Below, piece after piece: positions 26,060 through 36,114 of a DNA stretch of 57,940 bases (the first letter of the stretch is position 1; the number at the start of each line of letters is the position of its first letter). Made by a program: the position numbers and the translations under genes. The notes under the pieces were generated by a model that did no database searches, was not told the origin of the DNA, and was given only the letters and a program-made list of their open reading frames with translations. Source of the DNA: Neoechinorhynchus agilis (taxonomy: Eukaryota > Animalia > Acanthocephala); assembly GCA_051530055.1 (NCBI GenBank), contig JBMGUZ010000014.1, positions 1 to 57,940 on the forward strand. The letters are read 5' to 3'.

Positions 26060-26176
26060 GTTACTCTCCTAGCCCGTTCCCTTTTGGCTGTGGTTTCGCT
26101 AGGCTGCAGACAGGGACAGTAGGAATCTCAATAATCCAGTCATGCACGTCACTAATTAGATGACGAGGCATTTGGC
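25942..26176 (-). rRNA. 28S: 28S rRNA fragment starting at the R2 site
   Basis: Reverse complement of GCCAAATGCC...TTTCTTTA; same breakpoint as 4548. Confidence 0.95.
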
Positions 26177-26178
26177 AA

Positions 26179-27256
26179 AGACGCACTTTATTTGGATTTC
26201 TCTCTCTCGCGAGTTTAGTACTCTTGATCCTTTTCTTAAGATTTTTTTGAAGTTGCTTCTTCCTCTTTTTTTAAGTTGTATTTAATACTTGTGATTTTAA
26301 AGATGATTCGTCCTTGGGCTTCTGCTCATGAAAACGTGGAACGTCTTAAGGGTTTTTTCCCCTGCCGTGGAAGCCATGTTTAGTGCGGTCCCTGTAGATA
26401 GACCAATGGTGTTGAGCCGTTTTGTTATTCCTTTTGAATATGTGCCTCTTGAGCCGACGGCGTGGCCCATTGTCGATACGCGGTGAGGAGCAAATCCCAG
26501 CTTTATGGCTACCTCTTCTTTAATTGCCTTATATTTGTCCTCTTTCGCATTCATTATTTCCTCTGCCCGTTCATTGTTAGTTTCATAGTAGACGGCAAAG
26601 TCCGTTATGATTGCTTTTTGCGCGTTTCTATCGACCAATATGGCATCCGGTTTGTACAGCTGCCCTCCAGGATCGTGGATACGATTCTCGGTTAGTACTT
26701 CATACCGAGAACCCCATCTCTTGTTTAGAGCCCATATGAATCGATTTTGTATGGTATCACGGCGCTCTATCATCATGCCCGTACTGTAGGGGCAGCTGTT
26801 TAGCACATGCATTTGTGTTTCAGCTTCGGCTGAACAATGTCGACATTTCCTCGTCCAGTCGTGGTCGATTGTTGCCAAATTCGCGCCTACTTCGAGCAAT
26901 TGGAATCGCATCTTTACCAATTCCGTGTAATGTTTGTTGATGTCTTGTCTATATCGGAATGATAAAGATTTTCGTTCGAAGTTTCCATTTGTGAACGATT
27001 CAATTCCTTGCGATTGCGTCTTCGCTTTCGTCCACTTATTGATGGTGCTCGAAATGTGCAGTGCCTTAGCGCGCGCGGTATCAGTAATTTCTTCAGTCGA
27101 GCCAAGTCCTTCGAAATATTTTTGGACAGTTTTTTATATTCAGATAAAATTTCGAGTTCGGAGCAACGTTTCTTTGCGTTTATGTATATTTTTAGTCGCA
27201 TATCCATGACTGATTGTTTAATAGATTTGTATCCTAGACCACCTTTGTTCAGGGGC
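26179..27256 (-). mobile_element. 5'-truncated R2-like element, family E (thumb end, CCHC, RLE, 3' UTR)
   Basis: PLNKGGLGY; CRHC..H....C; KPDAIL..TDFAVYYE; KEDKY; 3' end AATAAAGTGCGTCT then TTGCCAAATG. Confidence 0.9.
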
Positions 27257-27418
27257 ATTATTATTATTATTTCACGCCTCATACAACATACACACAATCA
27301 ATCTCTTAATTCCTCTTTCTTGCTTGATCTAATATGTCTCGGGCCCAAGATGGCTGTGAGTTGTGGGACGATCTCTTAAATCCCCTCACAGCAGCCTCGA
27401 AAACCCTTCTTTTAATTC

Positions 27419-29761
27419 TTAAGTAATAATCCTTTTCTTGTCCTGATCCTGTAAAAAAGAGAATAACATGAGAAAATCACTTACCTCATTCCTGTTAAGT
27501 ATATTAGTTTGATTAATGGGTAGAAAACTAGATGGTTTATTGAAAAAGATTCTAAGAATTGAGGAGTTGTAATTAAAATATTTACAGCTAGAATAACAAT
27601 AAGAATAAAACCAAATTTTAGACAAAAAAAATCTTGTTAAAAAGGAAAAAAGGGGTTCCGTATCAATATTATTTTTAATAAGAATACTGCTAAGCTTATT
27701 CAGCATAGTAAGATAAAATGATAGTCTGTTTTCTGGGGGCCGGCCTCGTACGAAAAAGCATATTGAACCCCCTAGAAATATTTTTAACACTTTAGAAATA
27801 AAAGGTGGGGAAATTGATAACCTTTTGGCTCTTTTGATAAAAATATCTGTTTTTGTCAGAAGACTTTTAAAGGAAGAGTTTATAAAAATTCTGTGATTTT
27901 TACAGGGGAAATCAACACCTAAAATCTTGGAATGCGATCTAAAATAGATATTAGGGAAATTTAAATTAGAAGATAATTCATTAATTAGAAGCTTCCTCGA
28001 AGCCAAAGTTTTAGTCAGTGGAATAAAAAAAGTTTTGTTATTGTTTGTAACTAAATTGGCTTTCCTAAGTTCCGACGACAAAGATTGCATAAAATTGGCT
28101 ATATTATTCGTTAGAATAGAAGATGTTCTAGCTTTACAAAATAAGAATATATCATCCGCATAAACTAAAGGAAATATGGAAGATGATTTCTTTAAATTTT
28201 TGAAAATATATATAAGGGCAATTGAAAATAAGGTGGGCGAGAGTGGAGATCCTTGAGGAACACCATATCTAGAGAAAAAATTAGTGTGAGAAGGGTCCAC
28301 CTCATAGTAAAAGGACTTTGATTCCATAAGATAGTTGGTTTTGTAGATAAGATTAAGAGGAACTTTAAGATTAACTAAAGCCTCATAAAGAAAGCCACGA
28401 TCCAAGGCATCAAAAGCCTTATTAATATCCAGCTGAATGAGAAGTTTTTGTACATTAATAGCTTCATTCATAGAATTAAGAGAGGATAAAAGCGATGTGA
28501 TACCTTTACCTCTAATGAAGCCATGGAAAAAGTCGGGGATTAGCTTTCTACATACTAGAAAGTCATACAGTTTCCCGTTCACCGCTCTTTCTAAGCAAGA
28601 GACGATTGGGTTCTGTATGGAAATTACTCTGATGTGGGATGCGTTTAATATACGTCCTTTCGTTTTGGGAATAAAAATTTTCTTAACAATATTTATATTA
28701 AGTAGATCATTAAAATCAATTTTCGATAAACGAAATCTACTAAAAAAGATAGATTTTACCTTATCAGAAATAGAACTAAAAATTATGGGTGAAGTGCCAT
28801 TTATATTATACGCTTTAGAGGGGTTAGATTTACAGGCCTTCAGAAAAACTTCAACTTCAAAATTCCACGAAAAGGACTTTTTATTAAAGATGGGAAGTGG
28901 AGGAGAAGAACATGCACTAAGAGTATGTGCCATCAAAATAGACTCAATTACTGCGGGATAAGATATAGACCCTATCCAGTTAGATGCTTTTGCCTTCCAA
29001 CAGACCGGTCTTCTTTTCAAAATACAGGACCAAAAGTCTTTACCAAAGGACTTAAGAGAGATCAGCTTCTTTTTGTCCAACGAAACTTGATGATAAAACT
29101 TAGCTGTGTAAAATTTTTTCATAAATAAGTTTTTAAGGGGAGCGTTACCATACAAGTCAGCTATAACAGCATTTTTATAAAATATGTTGGCTTCATGACA
29201 AACAGGAGGTCGCTTGATCACAGACTTAGTAATTAAATTTTTATGTACAGAGGATAAAATGGCATTGTTAAAGTCAGATAACGAGGATGAAGTGGAAGAG
29301 TTCATAAAAGAAAGGAGATCATTATTAAATTTTGAAAAGCTTTGAGGATTAAAAACGAAAGTGTCCTTAAGAGCGATGCCATTAGATTTAAAAAGGATAA
29401 GGTCATGCCCTAACAATCTCTGTGACTGAAGTTGGGAAGCAGGATAAAATAAAATAGGAATTGACTTTTTAATAATTGCACCATCCAAGAAGGTATGTCT
29501 ATTAGATTTAACATTATGAAAAGAAGGAAATTTGGGGAGCAAAAAATTGTGTAACTTAAAAAAGGGCCTAAAAGCATTTAAAAAATTACTATTGAAGTCG
29601 CCTACGATAAAGTCAGGATTCCAGTAACGGAGGATATGCATAAAAGATTTAGTAAATATACCCACATGTCTGGGTTGAATATACAAGTTGCAAAGGATAA
29701 GAGTAGGAGAGAAAAGGGATGAGGTTCCATATAAGGGATTATTAAAAGAAATAATTTGCAT
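27419..29761 (-). CDS. LINE ORF2 (APE C-terminal part plus RT), 780 aa; N-terminus frameshifted
   Basis: APE and RT motifs as above; no RNase H motif seen. Confidence 0.85.
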   Translation of the reverse strand: MQIISFNNPLYGTSSLFSPTLILCNLYIQPRHVGIFTKSFMHILRYWNPDFIVGDFNSNFLNAFRPFFKLHNFLLPKFPSFHNVKSNRHTFLDGAIIKKSIPILFYPASQLQSQRLLGHDLILFKSNGIALKDTFVFNPQSFSKFNNDLLSFMNSSTSSSLSDFNNAILSSVHKNLITKSVIKRPPVCHEANIFYKNAVIADLYGNAPLKNLFMKKFYTAKFYHQVSLDKKKLISLKSFGKDFWSCILKRRPVCWKAKASNWIGSISYPAVIESILMAHTLSACSSPPLPIFNKKSFSWNFEVEVFLKACKSNPSKAYNINGTSPIIFSSISDKVKSIFFSRFRLSKIDFNDLLNINIVKKIFIPKTKGRILNASHIRVISIQNPIVSCLERAVNGKLYDFLVCRKLIPDFFHGFIRGKGITSLLSSLNSMNEAINVQKLLIQLDINKAFDALDRGFLYEALVNLKVPLNLIYKTNYLMESKSFYYEVDPSHTNFFSRYGVPQGSPLSPTLFSIALIYIFKNLKKSSSIFPLVYADDIFLFCKARTSSILTNNIANFMQSLSSELRKANLVTNNNKTFFIPLTKTLASRKLLINELSSNLNFPNIYFRSHSKILGVDFPCKNHRIFINSSFKSLLTKTDIFIKRAKRLSISPPFISKVLKIFLGGSICFFVRGRPPENRLSFYLTMLNKLSSILIKNNIDTEPLFSFLTRFFLSKIWFYSYCYSSCKYFNYNSSILRIFFNKPSSFLPINQTNILNRNEVSDFLMLFSFLQDQDKKRIIT

Positions 29762-29824
29762 TGCAAAAGAAATATTTTTAGTTTGAAATAAAATTTTAGA
29801 AGAGTGAGATTTAAGAATAAATGT

Positions 29825-30777
29825 TTAAAGTCCTCCAGAAAATCCAATGTGCTGATTGGTTGATGTGGAGCGAGGGAGAAGAACATGAGAATCATAATTT
29901 TCGAAGAGAAGCATTTTAGAAAAGCCGGTTTCTTGAAAACACAGCATGTTAACATAGTTATCAACTACACAAGGAGTAAGAAAATTAGGAAGCTGCTTCG
30001 ATGGTATGGAATCGTCAAAATATTTTTGCGCGAATTTGCAAGAACGTGCAAAGGCCGGATGATTCTTGCCACAGTTTGCACAGGTAGCAGCATCAGAATT
30101 GGAGCAAGATGATTTGTGATGAGGACCTGCACAAAAGATGCATCTGGAGGGGAAGACACAGTCAGATTCGTGGTGCCCCCATCTCGAACACCTCTGACAT
30201 ATCGTCAAATTATAATCATAGATAGAGTCCCTGTATCGGTCAAAAGTGACCCAGTATGAGAAAAACCCCTGCCGGAGTTAGCTAGACTCTCGGCGACATT
30301 GATAGTAGCTGAACATAGGATGGCGTAGGCTGAACTAGCGTTGGGTCTAAACAGATATTTGACCAGTTTTATACCTAACTCATCCTCAATTTTGCGAAAA
30401 TCAGTAGTATCCAAGTCTTGAGGAGGATTCCTCATTAGAAAGGTGACTCTACGAGATAGGTCAACAGATTGGATGCTTAACTCCCCTAGCATCTTAGAAA
30501 AGAGGTCTTTACCGGCCGCATCGAAAAAAATAAAAAGGATGTGAAATTTGGTCACAGAGAACCTCTTTATCAAAAAATTCATATGTTTCTCACGACCATT
30601 CGGCAGTAAATACTTCTCGAAGAAATAACGCGAGAAATAGGAGGGGGAGTTAGTGCCCATGGCTTCTTTGGGAATTTTGATAACGAAATCCTCTTTCCTA
30701 ACAGGACGCTTAAACTTTGATGCGTCGATAGAATGTTCCATCTGATCCCCTATGGAAACTTGTGCACAATCATTCAA
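29825..30777 (-). pseudogene. LINE ORF1 (gag-like), frameshifted at ~30206 and running into the APE N-terminus
   Basis: ORF 30205-30777 followed by ORF 29825-30208, which holds three zinc knuckles and then MLCFQET. Confidence 0.75.
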
Positions 30778-31104
30778 AACTTCACAATCACTCGGAGGGG
30801 GAGGGGGATAGTAGGAACAAACCTTAATCTAGACATGTCGGAAATAGGGTTTATCTGATCGTCTCACCGGCAACAAAATACATTTCTAGAGAATATATTT
30901 AGATTTCGGGCAACATTAGGCTTTAAACGGCAGAAATTAAAATACAGCTATGCTTGCATTCTCAGATGCAATCATTCAAAATAAATGGCATTTACACTAT
31001 TGTACAAAAAGGAACACGGTAGGCCAAAACAAATTTCATTTTTTTTTATTTTTTCACAACTGCGAGTATATGTCGATATATGAGGTAACAGGGTATATGA
31101 TTAG

Positions 31105-31240
31105 AACTATTGTTTAGGTCTTCATCCGCGCCAGTTTGTTGGTTATTAATAGACGCTCATCCACTGATGACAAACCCGACGAGGTTCGAAACGCTTTTAG
31201 TAAAAAATATTTACCCGGTAAAAAACCCAAACAATAATCC
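31105..31240 (+). ncRNA. Hammerhead-like core inside an imperfect inverted repeat (possible Penelope-like terminal repeat)
   Basis: CTGATGA (31164-31170), AACC/GGTT stem, CGAAAC; flanks TATTGTTTAGGT / ACCCAAACAATA. Stems I and III could not be completed. Confidence 0.4.
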
Positions 31241-31297
31241 TTCGGCGAGTATAAATATATTTGCTTTGTTCTGTTTCAAAATATATTTTTATATCTC

Positions 31298-31744
31298 TTA
31301 AAAGGAAACTGCATTACTTTTTGTCATATGTCGTCGTTTAGCTTTCCGAAAGCTATTTATAGTTGCCCTTGTATATTCGTCGCAATTTCGATCAAAGTTT
31401 AGCCTTATTTCTGGAATGATTCGTGTTTGGATATCGGAAAGTCCCTTTTTGATAATATCGTCAATGGATGTAGATCGCAGAGTTTCCGCCGAATTAATAA
31501 CCGTCTTTTTATTATTAAACGGTTCCAATGAATGTACCATATTTGTCGGTGAAGATGGAAGACGAAAATTGAATTTGTGCTGGCGATTGCTAGAAATGAC
31601 ATGATCAAACCGAATTTCTGAAATGTGATCGGCGCTTAAATTTTCTAGTTCCTGGTCCGCGGTCTCCTCTTCTAGCTCGTAAATACGATGAGCATTATTC
31701 CGAGGGTCGTATCGAATCATTCTGTATAAAGCGGAAATTTTCAC
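31298..31744 (-). CDS. Hypothetical 148-aa ORF, no recognisable family
   Basis: Open frame of normal composition in AT-rich DNA; GTG start; no motif recognised. Confidence 0.3.
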   Translation of the reverse strand: MKISALYRMIRYDPRNNAHRIYELEEETADQELENLSADHISEIRFDHVISSNRQHKFNFRLPSSPTNMVHSLEPFNNKKTVINSAETLRSTSIDDIIKKGLSDIQTRIIPEIRLNFDRNCDEYTRATINSFRKAKRRHMTKSNAVSF

Positions 31745-33599
31745 TTGTACTTAAAAATAAAGACTGTAGTGAATCTTGCAATGAGAATTGGAAATAGTAA
31801 AGCAAAAGCTGCCAATAGAAATCAGAAAATGCCAAATGGTCAGTTGATTGAGTGAACGTGGGTGGAGAGACGAAAGGATGCCACAGAGAAATTTTCTTAG
31901 AAGTTTAGAAGACAGCGTGGTTTAAAAATAAAGTAAAAAGGAGTTTAAATTAATACATATAAGAAAAAGTTGATAAGTAGAAATGGAGCAAAAATAAAGA
32001 AAATTTACAGAGAAAGTGGCATAAGATACCGCAAAGTCCGACAAAGATATTGATACCATGAAAATGCTAATAAAGCGAATAAGTAACATTATGCGGAGCG
32101 CTTAGGTTTTTCATCAGTACAATGAAGAAGCAAAAACATGTGAGCAAAAATCTGTTGTTTTTGGACATTTTTTTAATTTCTTTTCGACTCTGCAAAGCAA
32201 CCCTCGGTATTGATCATTTCGTTCTCTTCAAATCCCATTACGCGCAGTTAACAGGTATCGATTACACGTAATTATATTCCCATCTTCCCTTCTCTGCTTT
32301 TCGCAAGAACAAAAGACGACGTTCCCTTCTAATTTAAATCTTTCAAGTAATTTTCCTTTCATTCTACCGGAAATTTGTGAATAACGTTGCCTTCGTGTGA
32401 CATATAAAGTCAAGTGGCATCTTAAATCAATTTTTAAATCATAAATTTAAGCCCTTTAAAAGCGCAGAACACGTTGCAGATTGCAAAGGTTTCTATTATT
32501 TGCTATCTTGCGTCTATTTTTACTTACATCGTCGAAAGTGTTCAGAGAACTGTAGGGAAAGCATTGAAAATCAATAAGTGTTGCTTTACAGGCGTAAAGT
32601 CGTTTTAGGGTACAATAATTTTCACTGATTTTACAAAAGATTTGCAAAGACGGCAATTTGAGCTTACAAAAAAGTGCAGTGCTTACTTTCCCTTGTGTTG
32701 AGCGTTTTACAATAACGTCAGAAACGAAATCTCACCATTGTCATTTTCGCTCTCTCCTGACTATTTACTGTATGTGTTTATTTTGAATGTTCAATGCTGC
32801 ATTTCGTGAGTCGTTGTATTTGCTTGAATCAGTCAGAATGAATACATCATCCGCGTGACGCACCCAGCGTGAATCTCGCCTTCAACAACGCATTGTACGA
32901 GACCGTACGTCGCACGCATCAGAGAAACAACAATAGGGCACCGCACTCGTTCATCATCCAATATAACGAAAATGTTCGTCGCGAGCACCAGAGAAACTTC
33001 AAAAACGTAACAACTGCGTTCATCAACGTAGAAACGAGACCAAACGTCACAAGCGGTAGAGAAAAGCTACAACAACGCAGCGATTGCGTTCATAAACAAC
33101 GGAGGGGACGATACCCGATGTTGCGAGCATCAGAAAGGCAACAATGTAGCGAGCGCGTACAAAGGCACAGAGGGGACGAGACCCAACGTCGCGCGTGTAA
33201 GAGAAACAACGACAGCGCGAAGCTTGCATTCATCAACGGAAGAACGAGACCGTACGTCGCAAGCGGCAGAGAAAAGAAGCTACAACAACGCAGTGATCGC
33301 CGTTCATAAAAAACGCGGGGATCGATACTGGATGCAGCGAGCATGATGATTTATTTTTTATTTCGCGCTCTGTATGTACATACAATTCGCTTGTTCCAAT
33401 TCTTTATTATCATCATCATCATCATCATCGTTGTATGTTGCTTCCTTCCCGATTTCAATTTGGCGATCTCTGAGCCTCCAGATCAGGCCCGAAGTAACTT
33501 AGCAGCCAAAAACAAAAAACTTATTGAGGAGTACATAATATATATACGGAATATATATGGTTACACAACAAAAATATTCAATAACAAATAAATGGCTCT

Positions 33600-35050
33600 T
33601 AATAGTATATTTAATTTTATACATATATCTTAATTGTATATCCTAGTATTTGATTGTCGCCTCGTTTCCCATGATTTAATCGTTCCAATATGTCACAGTA
33701 CACCCATTTATCCCTCATTGAACATCCTCTCAAGTCATCGAAAGCCAGAAGCCTCTTCAAAATCGCTAGCGGGTTACATATCATAAAACCAAGCCAATGA
33801 ATCCTTTTTACGATGGATGCGACTTCAGATGAAAATTGATCCCTAGCACTAGAACATTTGGTAACTTTCATCAGTTGTGTGCGAGAATCTTCTAAAAATT
33901 TAACAAACATCAGCTTACGAGCCGAGTTTGAATTCGTCAGAGGGACCAGTGTTGTCTTCCTCCTATTAGTGCTGAGATTAGCATTCCTTAGACAAACAGC
34001 CAGTTCGCATAGCACTGAATCCACTAAATTGCATAAAAATTCTCTTTTCTTATGATAAATAAAAAAGAAAATATCATCTGCATAAAATAAAACTTTCACA
34101 CTGGATAACGTTTTCAGTTTATTGTGAATACCGATCATACAAATTAAAAATAAAGTAAGGGACAACGGCGAACCCGGCGGTACCCCTAAGTTCGAATAAA
34201 AATGGCCTTTTAAAGGATCAACCTCCAAAAAATACGCCTCCGATTCCATAAAGAACTGAATACTACATAGAAGCTTATTAGGCAGCTTCAAGTCGAAAAA
34301 TGTCTTATAGATAAAATTTCTGCTAAAAGCATTGAACGCCTTATTTACGTCCACTTGTAGTAAAATTTTGTTAACTCTCAGCACCGATTTCTGGAGGTCC
34401 CATAACTCATTTATTAACGTCCCCACTCCCTTCTCAATCGCAAAACCATGAAGCATTTAGGGATAAGATTTTTTTCTACTTAGAATCCCCAACAATTCGT
34501 CATTTATTACTTTCTCCATGAGAGAAATGATAGGATTTTGAATCGATATGAACCTGACATCACTCGGGGCTTTATCTTTTCTTCGACTTTACTTATGATG
34601 ACCTTCCTCTATACATTGACCTTGCATAAGTCATCAACGGTCAGACGTTCCGGCATACGGTATAGTATCTTAATTTTCACATCCTCACAAATCAAGTCAA
34701 AAATCTTAGGATAAACTGACAGTCAATTGGAAGCTAATTTCTAATTCCCCAATCGCATCGAGGGGAATAGTTATCCAAAGGAATAAAAGAAAGGTTCACG
34801 GATAAATCAAAACGATGATTCGATAAAATTTGTTCCATCACTGTGGGATATGAGACTGATGCTTTTAATTTTCCGAACCGTTCTCTTTCTATTTAGTACT
34901 GCACTCCAAAAATTCTTCGAAAAGGCTCTAGACTCGCCTAATCTTAATCTGCCCCTTCTGATACTTTCGTAAAACACTTCTTTATAAAAACGAATCATTT
35001 ACAAATCCTGCAAATCCGCAATTATCGCACAGCGATAAAGTAAACGTGCC
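33600..35050 (-). pseudogene. Degenerate RT region of a second LINE related to 27419-29761
   Basis: VDVNKAFN, GVPPGSPLS, FYADDIFF; upstream FSKNFWSAVL and ISIQNPII match FGKDFWSCIL and ISIQNPIV of the other LINE. Confidence 0.85.
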
Positions 35051-35280
35051 ATTTTCTACGGTCTATTGCGCCTTTCATGCGCAGAAGTCACTAAATGACT
35101 AGAAGTCGCTGCAGAAATCATCCTATTCAGCTCTTCCATCCTGAGTATGAAATATTTACATATGTCGGCTCGCATGCAGTCATTAAAATAAACTAACCTC
35201 ACCGCGTCATTCCATACAACTCTTGATTTAATATTCATCAATCCAAACTGGAATATAATCATGCCCCATCCTAGGCTGCT

Positions 35281-35519
35281 ACCGTAGCCCCAAAAGAGTG
35301 TAAAAACCGTACAATTCAACCACAATACACTTCTTTTATAATATACACCACCCTGCTATAGCCGCCGTCCAAATCTACGTAATAAAACAACCTTAATAGG
35401 ACACCCGAGACCACTTGCACCCCATAAACAACACCTAAAATAGAACCAAAATTATAACTCGCATTCAAATTTGTCGGGGTTGGTAAATTTAACAAACTAA
35501 GCTTAACTATCTTAACCAC
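35281..35519 (-). pseudogene. cob: Cytochrome b 5' fragment (mitochondrial origin)
   Basis: LPTPTNLNASYNFGSILG...Q..SG; TGA read as Trp gives GWIVRFLHSFGAT, including the heme-ligating His. Confidence 0.95.
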
Positions 35520-35571
35520 CCATCAAAAATCTTAGACCCCCAAAGCCCATATTTAAATAAACTTTTTGATG
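35520..35571 (-). tRNA. trnP: mt tRNA-Pro (UGG), T-armless
   Basis: Acceptor CATCAAA/TTTGATG; D stem GTTT/AAAT; anticodon arm TGGGC-TTTGGGG-GTCTA. Confidence 0.85.
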
Positions 35572-35625
35572 TAAACAACAGATATTTGAAACTTAAATCC
35601 AACTCATCCCATCTGACATTTGTTT
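35572..35625 (-). tRNA. trnL2: mt tRNA-Leu2 (UAA), T-armless
   Basis: Acceptor AAACAA/TTGTTT; anticodon arm TTGGA-TTTAAGT-TTCAA. Confidence 0.85.
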
Positions 35626-35636
35626 AATTAACACAT

Positions 35637-36114
35637 CTAAGGCCATAAAACAAATAAAACTACCATAACAAGCCCACTTGCAAATAGACAAAAAAACATG
35701 ATTCACCGGTACCACATCATAATAACCCCATAAAACCCCCTGATAATAAGATTCAAACCCCTTATCATAACCCTAGAATCTAAACCGCTAAACACCCGAA
35801 TAAACACCCAAACAACTAAGTCTATAAACACGTAGTATAAGCCCCCTAATATGCTTAATAAAGAATTCCTATTCACCGTAGCCCCGAACACTGCAACTGC
35901 AACTATAAACACCTAAAAAATAATAATTCTGGTGGGGTTAACAACACCCGACCACGCATTTAAAAATCACCTCTCTACCACTAACCAACCTGAAACAGAT
36001 ATCACAGCCAAAACATACATTATACAATACAAACCAGACACCCCGGCCACACCTGCGCTGGGGCTGATACCAACCCTTATCGCACCCTTAACCACTTTTA
36101 AAGAATAAATAAGA
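35637..36114 (-). pseudogene. nad5: Probable nad5 3' fragment with one frameshift near 35915
   Basis: Hydrophobic frame in the mitochondrial code starting YSLKVV and ending TAG at 35637; the nad5 call rests mainly on its position before trnL2-trnP-cob. Confidence 0.6.

Larger units (their letters stand above)
4316..26176. repeat. Giant inverted repeat: arms 4316-15138 and 15253-26176, spacer 15139-15252
   Basis: The ORF track is mirror-symmetric (5220/24738, 8261/21745, 9708/20486, 10734/19339, 11379/18835, 13868/15613). Inner ends CCCAGAGC / GCTCTGGG; both outer ends at the 28S R2 junction. Confidence 0.93.
27257..30870 (-). mobile_element. Near-complete APE-type LINE (ORF1 with CCHC knuckles; APE-RT ORF2) with a (TAA)n tail; clade unresolved
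   Basis: Three knuckles (CQRC..H...C, CIFC..H....C, CANC..H......C); CFQET, GDFN, GHD; LDINKAFD, QGSPLSP, YADD; 3' UTR ends AAATAATAATAATAAT at 27257-27272. 5' boundary approximate. Confidence 0.85.
35281..36114 (-). other. NUMT: mitochondrial nad5(3')-trnL2-trnP-cob(5') segment, ~834 bp
   Basis: Reads through only in the invertebrate mitochondrial code; two tRNA folds lie between the coding parts; strong G+T skew. Confidence 0.93.
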
